The notes under the pieces are model-generated. The model was not told where the DNA came from. It saw only the letters and a list, made by a program, of their open reading frames with translations, and did no database searches. From a virus, in IMG/VR virus record IMGVR_UViG_3300050821_006235, positions 1-64,000 of that record: a stretch of 64,000 nt of DNA, one strand, 5' to 3'. The position numbers and the translations under genes were made by a program. Positions 1 to 9,223 of the stretch are shown here, piece by piece (position 1 is the stretch's first letter; every line of letters begins with the position of its first letter).

Positions 1-26
1 GCCTTGCGCGGTCGGGGGGAAGTCGG

Positions 27-296
27 TCAGCGGTCAGCGGCCCCCGTCGAATCGGCGGGGGCCGTTCGCTCGTTCTCGTTGCGGAACAGCTCCAGCACCT
101 CGCCAGCGGGGACGACACCGAGAGTGATCAGGTCGCCGACATCCGCGCCGCACTCGTGGTCAACCCGGTGGGCCCGCTTGCAGGGCGTGCAGCGGCGGAC
201 CTCGGTGACGGTGAAGATCAGCCCGTTGCCGCTGATCGCGAGACCGGGATTGCGAGACGCGATCGCGGCCGTCTGTGCTTCGGTGAGCAGGCTCAT
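27..296 (-). CDS. hypothetical phage protein (CxxC)
   Basis: MSLLTEAQ... C-terminal part of ORF 27..743; start overlaps upstream stop. Confidence 0.6.
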   Translation of the reverse strand: MSLLTEAQTAAIASRNPGLAISGNGLIFTVTEVRRCTPCKRAHRVDHECGADVGDLITLGVVPAGEVLELFRNENERTAPADSTGAADR

Positions 297-760
297 GCCG
301 CACCGCCCCAGGAGTGCTCCATCAGTCCCAGGTCGTACGCCCAGTCCGGCCCCTGCTGGATCTCCGAATGGCAGGGGCCGCATAGCGGAACCATGTTCGC
401 CGGGTCCGTGATGGACCCGCCGCGGGCTCGGGTCAGCGGCTCGTGCACGTCGCGGGCCATCGACGTGCAGCCGGGCCGGGCGCATCGCGGGTTGCGGCCA
501 AACGTGGCCAGGGCGACCGCGCGGCGCACCTTGTTCTCGGCCTTCCGCCGGCTGCTCATCGGGCCGATCTCGGTTGCGCGGATCAGGGTCGCGGACGGCA
601 TCGGGTCGGCGATGTGCCACTGATCGCGCCCGCACTTGACGACGTCGGTGGGCATCTCGGAGCGCAGGGCGAGGGACTGAATCTTCGCGAGGGCGCGCTC
701 TGCCGCTGCCTGCGAGTCGTACGCCCTGGTGCCGCACGCGCACTTGAGTTGGAGGCTCAC
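293..760 (-). CDS. HNH endonuclease
   Basis: CARPGC...DVHEPLTRARGG...NMVPLCGPCH His-Me finger motif. Confidence 0.8.
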   Translation of the reverse strand: MSLQLKCACGTRAYDSQAAAERALAKIQSLALRSEMPTDVVKCGRDQWHIADPMPSATLIRATEIGPMSSRRKAENKVRRAVALATFGRNPRCARPGCTSMARDVHEPLTRARGGSITDPANMVPLCGPCHSEIQQGPDWAYDLGLMEHSWGGAA

Positions 761-1104
761 GGGGTCACCCCCGAACGGGCCAGGGACACCTCAGCGCGGA
801 CGGTGGAAGCCAGCGTGCGGCCCACGTCGATACGGGCATGCAGGGCGCGGATGTGCTCCCTCTGGAGCCGCACCAGACCAGCGGCCTTCCCCCAGATGCG
901 CCACTCCGCATCGCAGTCCAGGATCGCGATCTGCTTGCGGTCCTCAACCGAGCCGGCCGCCTCCCTGAAGACCCGCGCGTACTTCACCTTGAAGTCGCCT
1001 TCGGCATCGACGGCGACGACCTCGTACTCGCCCATCGCCTTGACGGCCTTGTCGAGTTCGACGCCGAGACCTCCGAGGTGATCGGCGATCTGGTGCGGCA
1101 ACAT
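757..1104 (-). CDS. hypothetical helical phage protein
   Basis: Translationally coupled to both neighbours. Confidence 0.7.
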   Translation of the reverse strand: MLPHQIADHLGGLGVELDKAVKAMGEYEVVAVDAEGDFKVKYARVFREAAGSVEDRKQIAILDCDAEWRIWGKAAGLVRLQREHIRALHARIDVGRTLASTVRAEVSLARSGVTP

Positions 1105-2213
1105 CAGCCCTCACCACCCTCGGCGATCTCTTCGGGGGCGTAGTGCAGCGGGTTGTCGTCGTCCTCGACGTGGCCGGCCACGTCGGCGGCCTGCTGGCGT
1201 TCTGGAGATGCGGTCGGCGCGAGTTCCCGCCAGCAGGTGTGCAGGAACGGGCGAAGCTCCTCCCACGTCTCGCCGTCGACGCACACGAGGTCGTCGTCCA
1301 AGCCGTCGGCGTGGGCCTGAACCCCGAGCGCCTTGATCTCCTCCTGTGTGGTCGCCCGTGCGGCCCGGTCGGCGATCTGCTGGGACGTCAACGGCTTCAC
1401 GACGGGCTCGACTGGCGGTCGCGGCGCGGTCGGTCCGGGCGAGCCGCTCGTCAGTGCGCGGCGCTGCTCACCCGGTGCCGGAGGGAGCTGCGCGGTGATA
1501 CCGCCAGCGCTCAACGCTCCAGAGGCGATCTCCCGGAACGTCGACATGATCTCCAGCACCGGGACGGGAAAGTTCTTGGTCGTCCCGCCAGCGACCCGCT
1601 TGCGCTGTTCGATCCGCAGAGTCGCGGGCAGGAACACGCCCTGGTCGCGGGCGACCTGCATGATCGCGGCGGCGTCGCCGATCTCCACAGCCGCGTTGTA
1701 GGACCCGGTGTCGAGACGGAACACTCCGATGCCGGGCAGGTCCGGGATCATCACCGAGATCCGGGTGATCGCCTTGCACGCCTGCGGCGGGTTCATTGAG
1801 GCGAGCCGGGCGCGTTCCCTCGCTGCGGCCTCAACGACTTCGAGGTCTTCGGGGTCGTCGGCGTGCGGGCACAGGCACGGCCCGCCGGTGATCTGGTTGA
1901 CGCGGGAATCGCAGCGTCTAACCGCTCCGCCCCGGTTCCACATCTCGTAGTTCTGGCTGACGACCTGGTCGCGGGGCGGCACGGTCACGCCGATCGCGCT
2001 CTGCCCGGTGATGACCTCGAACTCGCCGTTCCAGTCCTTGACGGTCCCGCCGTACAACTCTGCGATCGCGTCGGCGGCATACCGGGAGGTGGTGGTGAAT
2101 CGGAACGTGTCGAGCTTGGCCGGCCGGGTCTTCCCGTTGCCGGTGGCGACCTGCTGGCCTATGCGGATTCGCCCGATCTGCTGGCCGCGGCGCTGTACAT
2201 CGAGGAGCGGCAT
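1104..2213 (-). CDS. phiC31 gp3-like / recombination directionality factor-like protein
   Basis: N-terminus MPLLDVQRR..IGRIRIGQQ..RPAKLDTFRFTT typical of this actinophage family. Confidence 0.7.
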   Translation of the reverse strand: MPLLDVQRRGQQIGRIRIGQQVATGNGKTRPAKLDTFRFTTTSRYAADAIAELYGGTVKDWNGEFEVITGQSAIGVTVPPRDQVVSQNYEMWNRGGAVRRCDSRVNQITGGPCLCPHADDPEDLEVVEAAARERARLASMNPPQACKAITRISVMIPDLPGIGVFRLDTGSYNAAVEIGDAAAIMQVARDQGVFLPATLRIEQRKRVAGGTTKNFPVPVLEIMSTFREIASGALSAGGITAQLPPAPGEQRRALTSGSPGPTAPRPPVEPVVKPLTSQQIADRAARATTQEEIKALGVQAHADGLDDDLVCVDGETWEELRPFLHTCWRELAPTASPERQQAADVAGHVEDDDNPLHYAPEEIAEGGEG

Positions 2214-2214
2214 G

Positions 2215-3366
2215 TCAGGCCACCTGTCCGGCCATTACGGCCTCGTCGGAAAAGGTGAGTGCGTGGTCGGCGAGCATCTGGCGGATGGTGCCGAGGGTCT
2301 TCTCCCCGATGCCCTTGACCGCGAGGATCTCGGCGGCGGTCATCATGGCGACCTCGTCCACATCGGCCAGGCCGGCCCGGATGAGGGGTGTGAGGACCCG
2401 CCCGTAGCCCTCCCCGTCAAGGTCGCAAAGCCGGGGCGCGGGCATGCTGCCGTCAGGGTTGAGCGGGTAGGCGACGTGGCCCGGCTTGGACCGCACCTCG
2501 GAACGGCCGTGCTCGATCTCCACGGCCCGCCGGAACCGGTTCCATGCCTTCGCGTCATCGGCGGCGGAGATCGGCATGAGCCGGTAGCCGCCCTCGTGCT
2601 CGGGGCGGAGGTGGAGGATCGCGCCCGCGTCGGTGGCGGGCATCGCCACGATCTGGCCCTGCGGCAGGCGCGCTTCGAGCATCCGCCGGTACGCGGCGAG
2701 CTGCTCCCGCACGGTGACGTCCAGGTTCTTGCCGGTCTTGATGTCGACGCAGAGGACCAGCACCTTGCCGGGCGCCCGCACCATCCACCCGTCCGGGGTG
2801 AGCGCCACGTCCCGCAACACGATGATCATGTCGAGGGTTCCGGCGATACCGAGGACCAGGTTGTACACGGTCATCTCGGCGGCCTCGAACGTCGGGGCGA
2901 AGTCAGTCACGAAGTTCAGGAACCCCGTGACCATCCAGTCCACGACCCGGTCCAGCGGCTCGCCGTCGTAGTCCGCGCCGACCAGATGGTCGGGCAGGTC
3001 CGGCAGCGCGATGTCCGCGCCCGTACCTTCCGGGGAGGCGGCCCACAGGATCAGCGCCTCAGAGACCGCGTGCACGTAGCTGCCCGCGTCCGCCTTGCGC
3101 TCCCGCAGGAGCTTCGCCTGGTCCTTCACCAAGTCGATGGCGGCACGCCGGCCCTCCGCCTTCACGACCTCGGCGATCAGGTCGAGGTTGGCGACGGCGA
3201 ACTCCGCGGCGAGCTTCGCGGCCCACACGGTCAGGAACGGCTTGCCGACCGTGGCGGAAAGGATCGTGGTCACGGAGGTGAGCAGGTCCCCGGTAATAGG
3301 GTGCGGGTAGTGCCGGTTGCCGTCGTCGGAGGTCGTGTGGACCTCGGTGATGGTCTCGGTCGTCAC
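2215..3366 (-). CDS. PD-(D/E)XK (Cas4/RecB-like) exonuclease with C-terminal HhH domain
   Basis: SVTTIL, GSYVH, E..GIAGTLD, VDIKTG, QLAAY motifs; C-terminal VKGIGEKT; GTG start overlaps upstream stop. Confidence 0.85.
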   Translation of the reverse strand: MTTETITEVHTTSDDGNRHYPHPITGDLLTSVTTILSATVGKPFLTVWAAKLAAEFAVANLDLIAEVVKAEGRRAAIDLVKDQAKLLRERKADAGSYVHAVSEALILWAASPEGTGADIALPDLPDHLVGADYDGEPLDRVVDWMVTGFLNFVTDFAPTFEAAEMTVYNLVLGIAGTLDMIIVLRDVALTPDGWMVRAPGKVLVLCVDIKTGKNLDVTVREQLAAYRRMLEARLPQGQIVAMPATDAGAILHLRPEHEGGYRLMPISAADDAKAWNRFRRAVEIEHGRSEVRSKPGHVAYPLNPDGSMPAPRLCDLDGEGYGRVLTPLIRAGLADVDEVAMMTAAEILAVKGIGEKTLGTIRQMLADHALTFSDEAVMAGQVA

Positions 3367-4118
3367 GCGCCGACCCCGATGGCCTCGATCAGCTCGGCGG
3401 CGGCGGACGCGGCCCGCCAGTGCTCGGCCCGGTCTCCGAGGGTCTGCGCGGTCTCCGCACGGATCACGAGCGACCCGAGGGTGAGCCAGTCCGCCTCGCG
3501 GACCTTGGTGAGGGGCTTGGGCACCCACACGACGCAGTTGCCGCAGTCGTCGCCGAACGGGTGGTGGGAGCTGATCCCTGCGAGGACGTTGAGGGCGCGG
3601 TCACGCTGGGCGCTGAGCTTGTCGTCGTCGTGCCAGAACGGGTCTTCGCGCCCTTCCCGCAGCGCGGTGCACGTCACGTCGGCGGACACGAACAGGTCGA
3701 GCCAGTTCTCGCGGGTGCACCCGAAGTCCGTGGTGTAGCGGGTGAACTTCAAGCCCGCCACGGTGGACACGGCGGCGACGGCCGCGCCCTTGGCCTCCAG
3801 CGCCGGGATGTCGGTGTCGTCGAGCAGGTCGGGCGCCAGCAGGCGGAGCAGGTCGAGGGCTTCGTGCTCGTCGAACTCCTCGCCGAGGTAGGCCTCGACG
3901 GTCTCCTCGACCAGGTCGCGGGCCGCCTTGTTGCGGCGCCGCTTGTCGGGCACCCAGTCGGCGATGGGCCGGGTGACGACCTCGCCGACGATGTCGGACT
4001 GGAGCAGGGTCCGCATGACCTCGATGAGGTCGTCGTCGGTGTGGACGGGCTCGACGATGTCGTCCCCGTTGCGGCGGTACCGGATCGCGGTCTCGGTCTC
4101 GGTCTCGGTGATGGTCAT
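3363..4118 (-). CDS. hypothetical phage protein
   Basis: 251 aa acidic ORF coupled to neighbours. Confidence 0.75.
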   Translation of the reverse strand: MTITETETETAIRYRRNGDDIVEPVHTDDDLIEVMRTLLQSDIVGEVVTRPIADWVPDKRRRNKAARDLVEETVEAYLGEEFDEHEALDLLRLLAPDLLDDTDIPALEAKGAAVAAVSTVAGLKFTRYTTDFGCTRENWLDLFVSADVTCTALREGREDPFWHDDDKLSAQRDRALNVLAGISSHHPFGDDCGNCVVWVPKPLTKVREADWLTLGSLVIRAETAQTLGDRAEHWRAASAAAELIEAIGVGA

Positions 4119-4330
4119 GCACCGCTCCTTGCGTTGATCGTGTTGCGGGCGATGTAGTTCTCGATCGAGGCGCGGGAGATGCGGAACGGCGAGTTCTTGG
4201 CGGGGCCCTTCATGGCCACCAGCTCGCCGTTCTCGATCAACTTCGTGACGGTCACGCGAGACATCCGCAGCAACTCGCGGGTCTCTGCCATGGAGAGGAA
4301 CACGTCACTCGCCTCGGTTCTCATGTACAT
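4115..4330 (-). CDS. excisionase-type HTH_17 DNA-binding protein
   Basis: LSMAETRELLRMSRVTVTKLIENGELVA..FRISRASIENY. Confidence 0.85.
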   Translation of the reverse strand: MYMRTEASDVFLSMAETRELLRMSRVTVTKLIENGELVAMKGPAKNSPFRISRASIENYIARNTINARSGA

Positions 4331-4415
4331 AGTCTATCCAACTCTGTACAGCTCTAGGCAAGGGGATTACCGGATTACCTTTGTCCATTTCGATGCAGCT
4401 CTGTACAACTGAGGG
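4331..4415. promoter_or_regulatory. divergent promoter/operator region of second HTH switch
   Basis: CTCTGTACA twice and tandem GGATTACC between divergent HTH genes. Confidence 0.55.
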
Positions 4416-4730
4416 GTGACCGAACGAGGCCCCGCCGCACCCTGGTACGACCGGGTCGTCGCCGAACTCGCCCAGCAGGGCCAGAGCAAGAGCTGGCTGA
4501 ACCGCCGCAGTGGCGTCTCTCGCGCCACCATCGAGAACTGGGCGACGCAGCCCAAGCCACCGCAGGCCGGGACGGTCGCAGCCGTCGCCGACGTACTCCG
4601 CATCCCACGGGAAGAGGCCGCGAGGCTGGCCGGGCTGCCCGTGAACGTACTCACCGCCGTCGTAGCCGACCTCGCGGCCGTGAGCGATGAGGACCTCGCG
4701 GCCGAAGTGCTGCGGCGCATGAAGCGCTGA
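4416..4730 (+). CDS. XRE-family HTH regulator
   Basis: SKSWLNRRSGVSRATIENW..PQAGTVAAVADVL. Confidence 0.85.
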   Translation: MTERGPAAPWYDRVVAELAQQGQSKSWLNRRSGVSRATIENWATQPKPPQAGTVAAVADVLRIPREEAARLAGLPVNVLTAVVADLAAVSDEDLAAEVLRRMKR

Positions 4731-4744
4731 CCCCGCCGGCGCTC

Positions 4745-4939
4745 TCACGACCCACCCGCTTTCGGCCCGACCGGCGGGATGTGAGCCGCTAGCCACCCGT
4801 CGAACAGGACGTCACCACGCGCCTTGAACCGGCCGTACTCCGCCCACTGGGCTTCCGTCATGGACGCTGTACGCCGGTCACGGTCGGCGCGGCCCCGGAC
4901 CGGCCACATGGTCGGCTCAGCGCCGATACGGCCGATCAC
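4745..4939 (-). CDS. hypothetical protein
   Basis: Coupled ORF in early operon. Confidence 0.5.
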   Translation of the reverse strand: MIGRIGAEPTMWPVRGRADRDRRTASMTEAQWAEYGRFKARGDVLFDGWLAAHIPPVGPKAGGS

Positions 4940-5223
4940 CGGGTCACCGCCTGTCCGCCGGACACGGCCATCAGCGCCCCGTTAGGACGGCAGTGCGGGA
5001 CCGACCCGGACGCCGCGTACACCCCGTACTGGGCTCGGGTCAGCCACTCCCTGGTGGCCCCGCACTTACGGCACATCAGCCTTCTGACCGGCACATGGCC
5101 GACCAGGGCGTTGACGACCGAGCAAGGCCCGGCCATGGCTCGCGGGTACGCCGTCCACGCCAGCTCGACCACGATCATCAGCCGGTCTGCGACCGCATGG
5201 GCTCGGGACTCGTAGATGGGCAT
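4936..5223 (-). CDS. hypothetical protein (CxxC)
   Basis: MPIYESRAH... coupled start. Confidence 0.55.
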   Translation of the reverse strand: MPIYESRAHAVADRLMIVVELAWTAYPRAMAGPCSVVNALVGHVPVRRLMCRKCGATREWLTRAQYGVYAASGSVPHCRPNGALMAVSGGQAVTR

Positions 5224-5441
5224 CAGGCACCGCCCAGCGCCCGCAGCGCAGCAGAGGCGCTGTCGAAGATCCGCCCATATTCGGCACGGATCGTCCGATG
5301 CCGGGCTAGTGCGGAGGACGCCCCCGTCTTGGTGAGTCCTCCGTCCGAGAACTCGACCAGGAGCTGTACCGCCTCGCCTTCGCCCATCAGGCCGGAGGCG
5401 ACAGCGGAGCCGAGCATCTCGATCTGGTCCACGAGGTTCAT
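5223..5441 (-). CDS. hypothetical protein
   Basis: MNLVDQIEML... coupled start/stop. Confidence 0.6.
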   Translation of the reverse strand: MNLVDQIEMLGSAVASGLMGEGEAVQLLVEFSDGGLTKTGASSALARHRTIRAEYGRIFDSASAALRALGGA

Positions 5442-5710
5442 CAGGCGCCGCCCAGCGAGATCCACGCGGCGTCGGCACCGGCAGCGCGGGCGACGAGTTG
5501 CGCGTCGTAGTTCCCGCAGAACAGCAGGGCGTGATGCCACGCTCGCGCCGACTCCTCAGAGCCGCGCACATCCACGTGGTCCCACTCGGTGCGGTACTGG
5601 TGGCGGACACCCCACTCCGTCGCGACGTCGGCGCGTAGGGGGTTGGGGCGCGGGAGCACTGGGAGCGGGGCGACACCCGCCCATGTCTTCGTGGACACGA
5701 CGTGCCTCAT
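5441..5710 (-). CDS. hypothetical protein
   Basis: Coupled ORF. Confidence 0.55.
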   Translation of the reverse strand: MRHVVSTKTWAGVAPLPVLPRPNPLRADVATEWGVRHQYRTEWDHVDVRGSEESARAWHHALLFCGNYDAQLVARAAGADAAWISLGGA

Positions 5711-6012
5711 CGGGCCACCGTCCCGCCGCGCTCACGGGTGGCTGCGTCCACCAGGGCCAGCGCCGCGCCGTGCGGGTTCAGCCGGTGCCCGTCCCCTGCC
5801 GGACCGGCGGTCGCCATGAGCGCGGCCACCAGCCCGCCCAGGACCGCTTCCGCCTTTGCCCGGTACTCCGTCGCCAAGGTCGGCCGGTTCACGCTGGGAA
5901 GGTCGCACCGCCACGCCGCAGCCTCGAAGTCCGCGACCTTGTCCGCGATCGCCGACAGCGCCAGATCCAGCGGGGACGGCGGGCTGTTCTCCGGGGTCTG
6001 TACCGTGTTCAT
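5707..6012 (-). CDS. hypothetical protein
   Basis: MNTVQTPE... with upstream GAGGAAG RBS. Confidence 0.6.
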   Translation of the reverse strand: MNTVQTPENSPPSPLDLALSAIADKVADFEAAAWRCDLPSVNRPTLATEYRAKAEAVLGGLVAALMATAGPAGDGHRLNPHGAALALVDAATRERGGTVAR

Positions 6013-6092
6013 GGGCCGACTTCCTCTCTTCGTTGGTGGTGGTTGTCGGTTCTGGCCCCGGTCGGCGCGTCCACGCTGGCCGGGGCCGCGGT

Positions 6093-6335
6093 CTAAGCGG
6101 CTCGGGTCTTGCCGGCCCGCTGTTTCTCGGCCGCTACCTGCTCGGCCTGGTGCTCGCGGGCGAACGCCGGCCAGTTGGGGTAGGCGGCTTTGAGTGCGAG
6201 GCCGATGTCGGAGCCTCGGGGGATGTCGGGGGCGGCGTCTGCGCACCGCCCGGAGGCTTCCCAGGCGGCTTCGTATGCCTTGAGCTCGTGGCCGGGCATC
6301 CCGGAGGTGTCCCACGGGAGGGTCGACTCGCTCAT
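6093..6335 (-). CDS. hypothetical protein
   Basis: Coupled to antirepressor stop. Confidence 0.55.
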   Translation of the reverse strand: MSESTLPWDTSGMPGHELKAYEAAWEASGRCADAAPDIPRGSDIGLALKAAYPNWPAFAREHQAEQVAAEKQRAGKTRAA

Positions 6336-7030
6336 GCGGCACCGCCGATCTCAAGCTGGGTCGGGGCATCGTCGACAGGCGTGACGTCCAGCCGGGACTG
6401 AACGAAGCCCAGAGCTTCGAGGTTGGTGAAGGTGTCGTACGCCTTCGCGGCGAGCAGCGCGACGGCCGCCGGACTGACCATCCACGCCGTGCCAGAGAAG
6501 CAGAACGAGCGGGCAAACGCGGCGAACGGTGTCCCGTCCTGCCGCAGCACTCCGGCGGCGCGGAGGGTTCTGGTGAGCGTGACGACCGACATGTTGATGC
6601 CGTGCCGCTGCCGGATGACCGCTGCCATCTCCGCCCATGTGAACGCGATCGGCTCGTACGGGGCGACGACTCGCGGGTTGAACGCCCTGCCCTGGGTCCA
6701 GTACGCCTCAATCGCGTCGGCGATCTCGGCCTGATAGGCGATCAGCTTGGGTCGGACATGCTCCGCCACGCGGTTCTCGTCGACGGTGGCCAGCAGCATG
6801 AGGAAGGTGCGGACGTCGACCACGACCATGTCGCGGGCCTTGCCGTCGGCTCCAACCGTTGCCGCTAGGGCAACGGTTGCCCATGACCTGCCTTCGAGCT
6901 TGCGGAACTGGCGGGCGTAGCTCAGGCCCAACGCATCAATGGCCGGGCGCAGGACGATGTGCGGCTTGCCGCTGACGTTGACCAACAGGACGCGGTCGCC
7001 GTGGAAGTCGAAGCTCTGGACCTCGGTCAT
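6332..7030 (-). CDS. phage antirepressor (P22 AR N-terminal domain)
   Basis: FDFHGD..KPHIVLRPAIDALGLSY..Q..KL..VGADGKARDM..KLIAYQAEIADAIEAYW. Confidence 0.85.
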   Translation of the reverse strand: MTEVQSFDFHGDRVLLVNVSGKPHIVLRPAIDALGLSYARQFRKLEGRSWATVALAATVGADGKARDMVVVDVRTFLMLLATVDENRVAEHVRPKLIAYQAEIADAIEAYWTQGRAFNPRVVAPYEPIAFTWAEMAAVIRQRHGINMSVVTLTRTLRAAGVLRQDGTPFAAFARSFCFSGTAWMVSPAAVALLAAKAYDTFTNLEALGFVQSRLDVTPVDDAPTQLEIGGAA

Positions 7031-7284
7031 GACGCCTGCCTGACGGGAACCGCGTGCTTGACGACCTCGAAGAGGTCCTCGAACTGACGGCCCGGCATGG
7101 CGGCCAAGACTGCGGCTATGAAGTCCTCTGTGACCTTGGTGCGACCGCGCAGCAGGCGGCTGACGTAGGCATCGGAGTGCCTGAACTCCTGCGCCTGCCT
7201 GGCCTGAGTGGTCCAGCCCTCGAACTCGCAGTACCGCAGGTACTGGGTGAGCCTGAGCTGTACGCGCGGCTCTATTTGCTCCAT
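7027..7284 (-). CDS. Cro-like HTH protein
   Basis: TQARQAQEFRHSDAYVSRLLRG; divergent from repressor. Confidence 0.75.
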   Translation of the reverse strand: MEQIEPRVQLRLTQYLRYCEFEGWTTQARQAQEFRHSDAYVSRLLRGRTKVTEDFIAAVLAAMPGRQFEDLFEVVKHAVPVRQAS

Positions 7285-7476
7285 GGCAAGAACCTATTGT
7301 GTTTGCCCGTCGGCACGCAACCCTTTCGCCAAGGGTCGCCAGAATTCGCACCCTTGTTCCAAGTGAGGGATGTTCTCGCAGGCCACTGGGCTTTCCGCCT
7401 CAGTGTCCGCTTACTTGCCACCTAGCAAAGATCAACAATGTATATCCGCAGGTCATCGACACTTGCTCCCCAGCAA
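7276..7476. promoter_or_regulatory. immunity operators TTGC-N6-GCAA
   Basis: Copies at 7276-7289, 7303-7316 (GCAC variant), 7415-7428 and 7463-7476. Confidence 0.7.
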
Positions 7477-7492
7477 GCTAAAGTCTGCGAAC

Positions 7493-7999
7493 GTGGGCGA
7501 CCAGGAGAGCTTTGGCGCGTGGCTCCGGCGTGAGATGACTACCCAGGGCTACGACGTCGACTCACCGCGCGGCGGTGGTCGCACGACCCTTGCCGCCGAG
7601 TCCGGTGTATCGATCTCGATCATCTCCAGGATCCTGACCGGCGAGAGGGCGGCGGAGGTCGACACTCTCCGCAAGATCGGCAGGGTTCTCGGCTACGACA
7701 TCATCCAGATGATGATCCACGCCGGGTTGATCGAGTACACAGAGGTCTCCGCCACCGAGCCCACGACTGGCGAGCGGGAGCCCCTCCGAAACCCGGGCGA
7801 CCTCGGCGACGACATCCCGTTCAACTCGTTGAAGCCGTGGGAACGGCGCCTCCTGATGATCACGGAAATCCCACCGGAGCAGCGCATTAAGATCCTCACC
7901 ATCGCCCGGTGGGAGCTACGGGAGATGCCCGCCGGGAACCCGGTGCCGGCCGATCAGCCGGCGTCGCTCGCCGACCGGCGCCAGAACGGCCCTTCGTAG
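7493..7999 (+). CDS. immunity repressor (XRE HTH)
   Basis: FGAWLRREM..TTLAAESGVSISIISRILTGER..TLRKIGRVLG; GTG start just after TAAAGT -10-like box. Confidence 0.85.
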   Translation: MGDQESFGAWLRREMTTQGYDVDSPRGGGRTTLAAESGVSISIISRILTGERAAEVDTLRKIGRVLGYDIIQMMIHAGLIEYTEVSATEPTTGEREPLRNPGDLGDDIPFNSLKPWERRLLMITEIPPEQRIKILTIARWELREMPAGNPVPADQPASLADRRQNGPS

Positions 8000-8207
8000 G
8001 CCAGTGCCGCCGTCGACGTTTCGAAGGTCATTTACCTACGGCGAAGAACAGACCGGATATAACAAGTAGGTTACGGATGCTTAAATGCAGTGACACCCAC
8101 ACGCCCGGAAGCGCTGAATGATGGTCCCTGATGTCGGAGCGGGCTAAGCACGGACGCTCGCGACGGGGGCCTCCCCGCCCACGGTCGCGACAGGGACGTA
8201 GACGTAA

Positions 8208-9218
8208 GTGAAAAACGACCCCAGCACCGACCACAACACCGACCGTGGCGCCACCCAGCCGTGGTGCCCCGCCGACGTGGAGGCAGCGGAAGAGGCAGAA
8301 AACGCCCGCATCATGGCCCTCCACATCGTGCGCTGGCGCTGGCAACACCCCATCCTCGAAGAGGACCTCGCCCACCGGGAGCGGGAGCGGGAACTCATCG
8401 ACCAGGGCTACCAGCTCGGCCGGGACTCGCTCGTCGCGCTCCTGCCCCAGCACTGGATGCTGGCGTTGCGCACAGGCCCGGACAAACACGGCTTGGGCGA
8501 GTACACCGTCCAAATCGACGGCTTGACGATCTGCGTGATCCCCAGCCGCAACGGGACCGGGTACGCGGACCCGGAAGCCGAACTCGCCGCTTGGCGCGCC
8601 CTGGTCGCCTGCGTACGGCGCATCATGGCCCGTCCGCGACCGGCCACGGCTGACGGGGTCATCCCGCTGCCGAACACCGACGCGGAGTTCCCGGATCAGC
8701 TCGCGACGGCAACGTGGATCACCGACGAAGGCGACGAGATCGTCCTGCGCCACCCGCGCCGCACGTCTCGCCAAATCCGCGCGTTCCGGCGCCGTACCCG
8801 GCCCGGCCTGTCCACCACCCTCCCGTTCGCTGGGCTCGTCGCCGTCAAGGTCGCCCTCGCTCTCGCCGGGGCTGTGGTGGTCATCGCCGGAGTCGCCACC
8901 CTCCCGCCCGGTAACGTCACCTCGTTGACGCCGCCGCGATCCGCCGCCGCCACCTCGGCGGCACGCGATCACTACGTCGCCCCCGCACCGACCCGGCTGG
9001 CCGCCGACGCCAGCGCTCCGGAGCCCCGGCAACCCATCCGCGACCCTGCCGACGCCCCCAGCCCGTCGCCCACCGTCTACCCGGGGCGGCTCCCGGCCGG
9101 CCCCACCGTGACGCCCACACCCACCCCGACCGCTGTGCCCAGCGTTGTGCCGACCACCGTCACGCCCACCGCTCCGCCCACTGTCCCGCCCACCGTCCTG
9201 ACACTCGCCGCGCCGTGA
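8208..9218 (+). CDS. membrane protein with Pro/Thr-rich C-terminus
   Basis: Hydrophobic segment FAGLVAVKVALALAGAVVVIAGVA followed by PT repeats. Confidence 0.7.
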   Translation: MKNDPSTDHNTDRGATQPWCPADVEAAEEAENARIMALHIVRWRWQHPILEEDLAHRERERELIDQGYQLGRDSLVALLPQHWMLALRTGPDKHGLGEYTVQIDGLTICVIPSRNGTGYADPEAELAAWRALVACVRRIMARPRPATADGVIPLPNTDAEFPDQLATATWITDEGDEIVLRHPRRTSRQIRAFRRRTRPGLSTTLPFAGLVAVKVALALAGAVVVIAGVATLPPGNVTSLTPPRSAAATSAARDHYVAPAPTRLAADASAPEPRQPIRDPADAPSPSPTVYPGRLPAGPTVTPTPTPTAVPSVVPTTVTPTAPPTVPPTVLTLAAP

Positions 9219-9223
9219 GCGGC

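Noticed and set aside
2215-3366. Cas4 as part of a CRISPR system
   Set aside because: Stand-alone phage PD-(D/E)XK exonuclease; no array or other cas genes seen
2008-3738. 576-aa plus-strand ORF
   Set aside because: Antisense shadow of the exonuclease gene, typical of high-GC DNA; no motifs
4089-4110. GGTCTC tandem repeat
   Set aside because: Encodes a TETETE low-complexity N-terminus
6854-6878. AACCGTTGCC-N5-GGCAACGGTT palindrome in the antirepressor gene as a fifth operator
   Set aside because: TTGC-GCAA spacing is 7, not 6, and it lies in coding sequence
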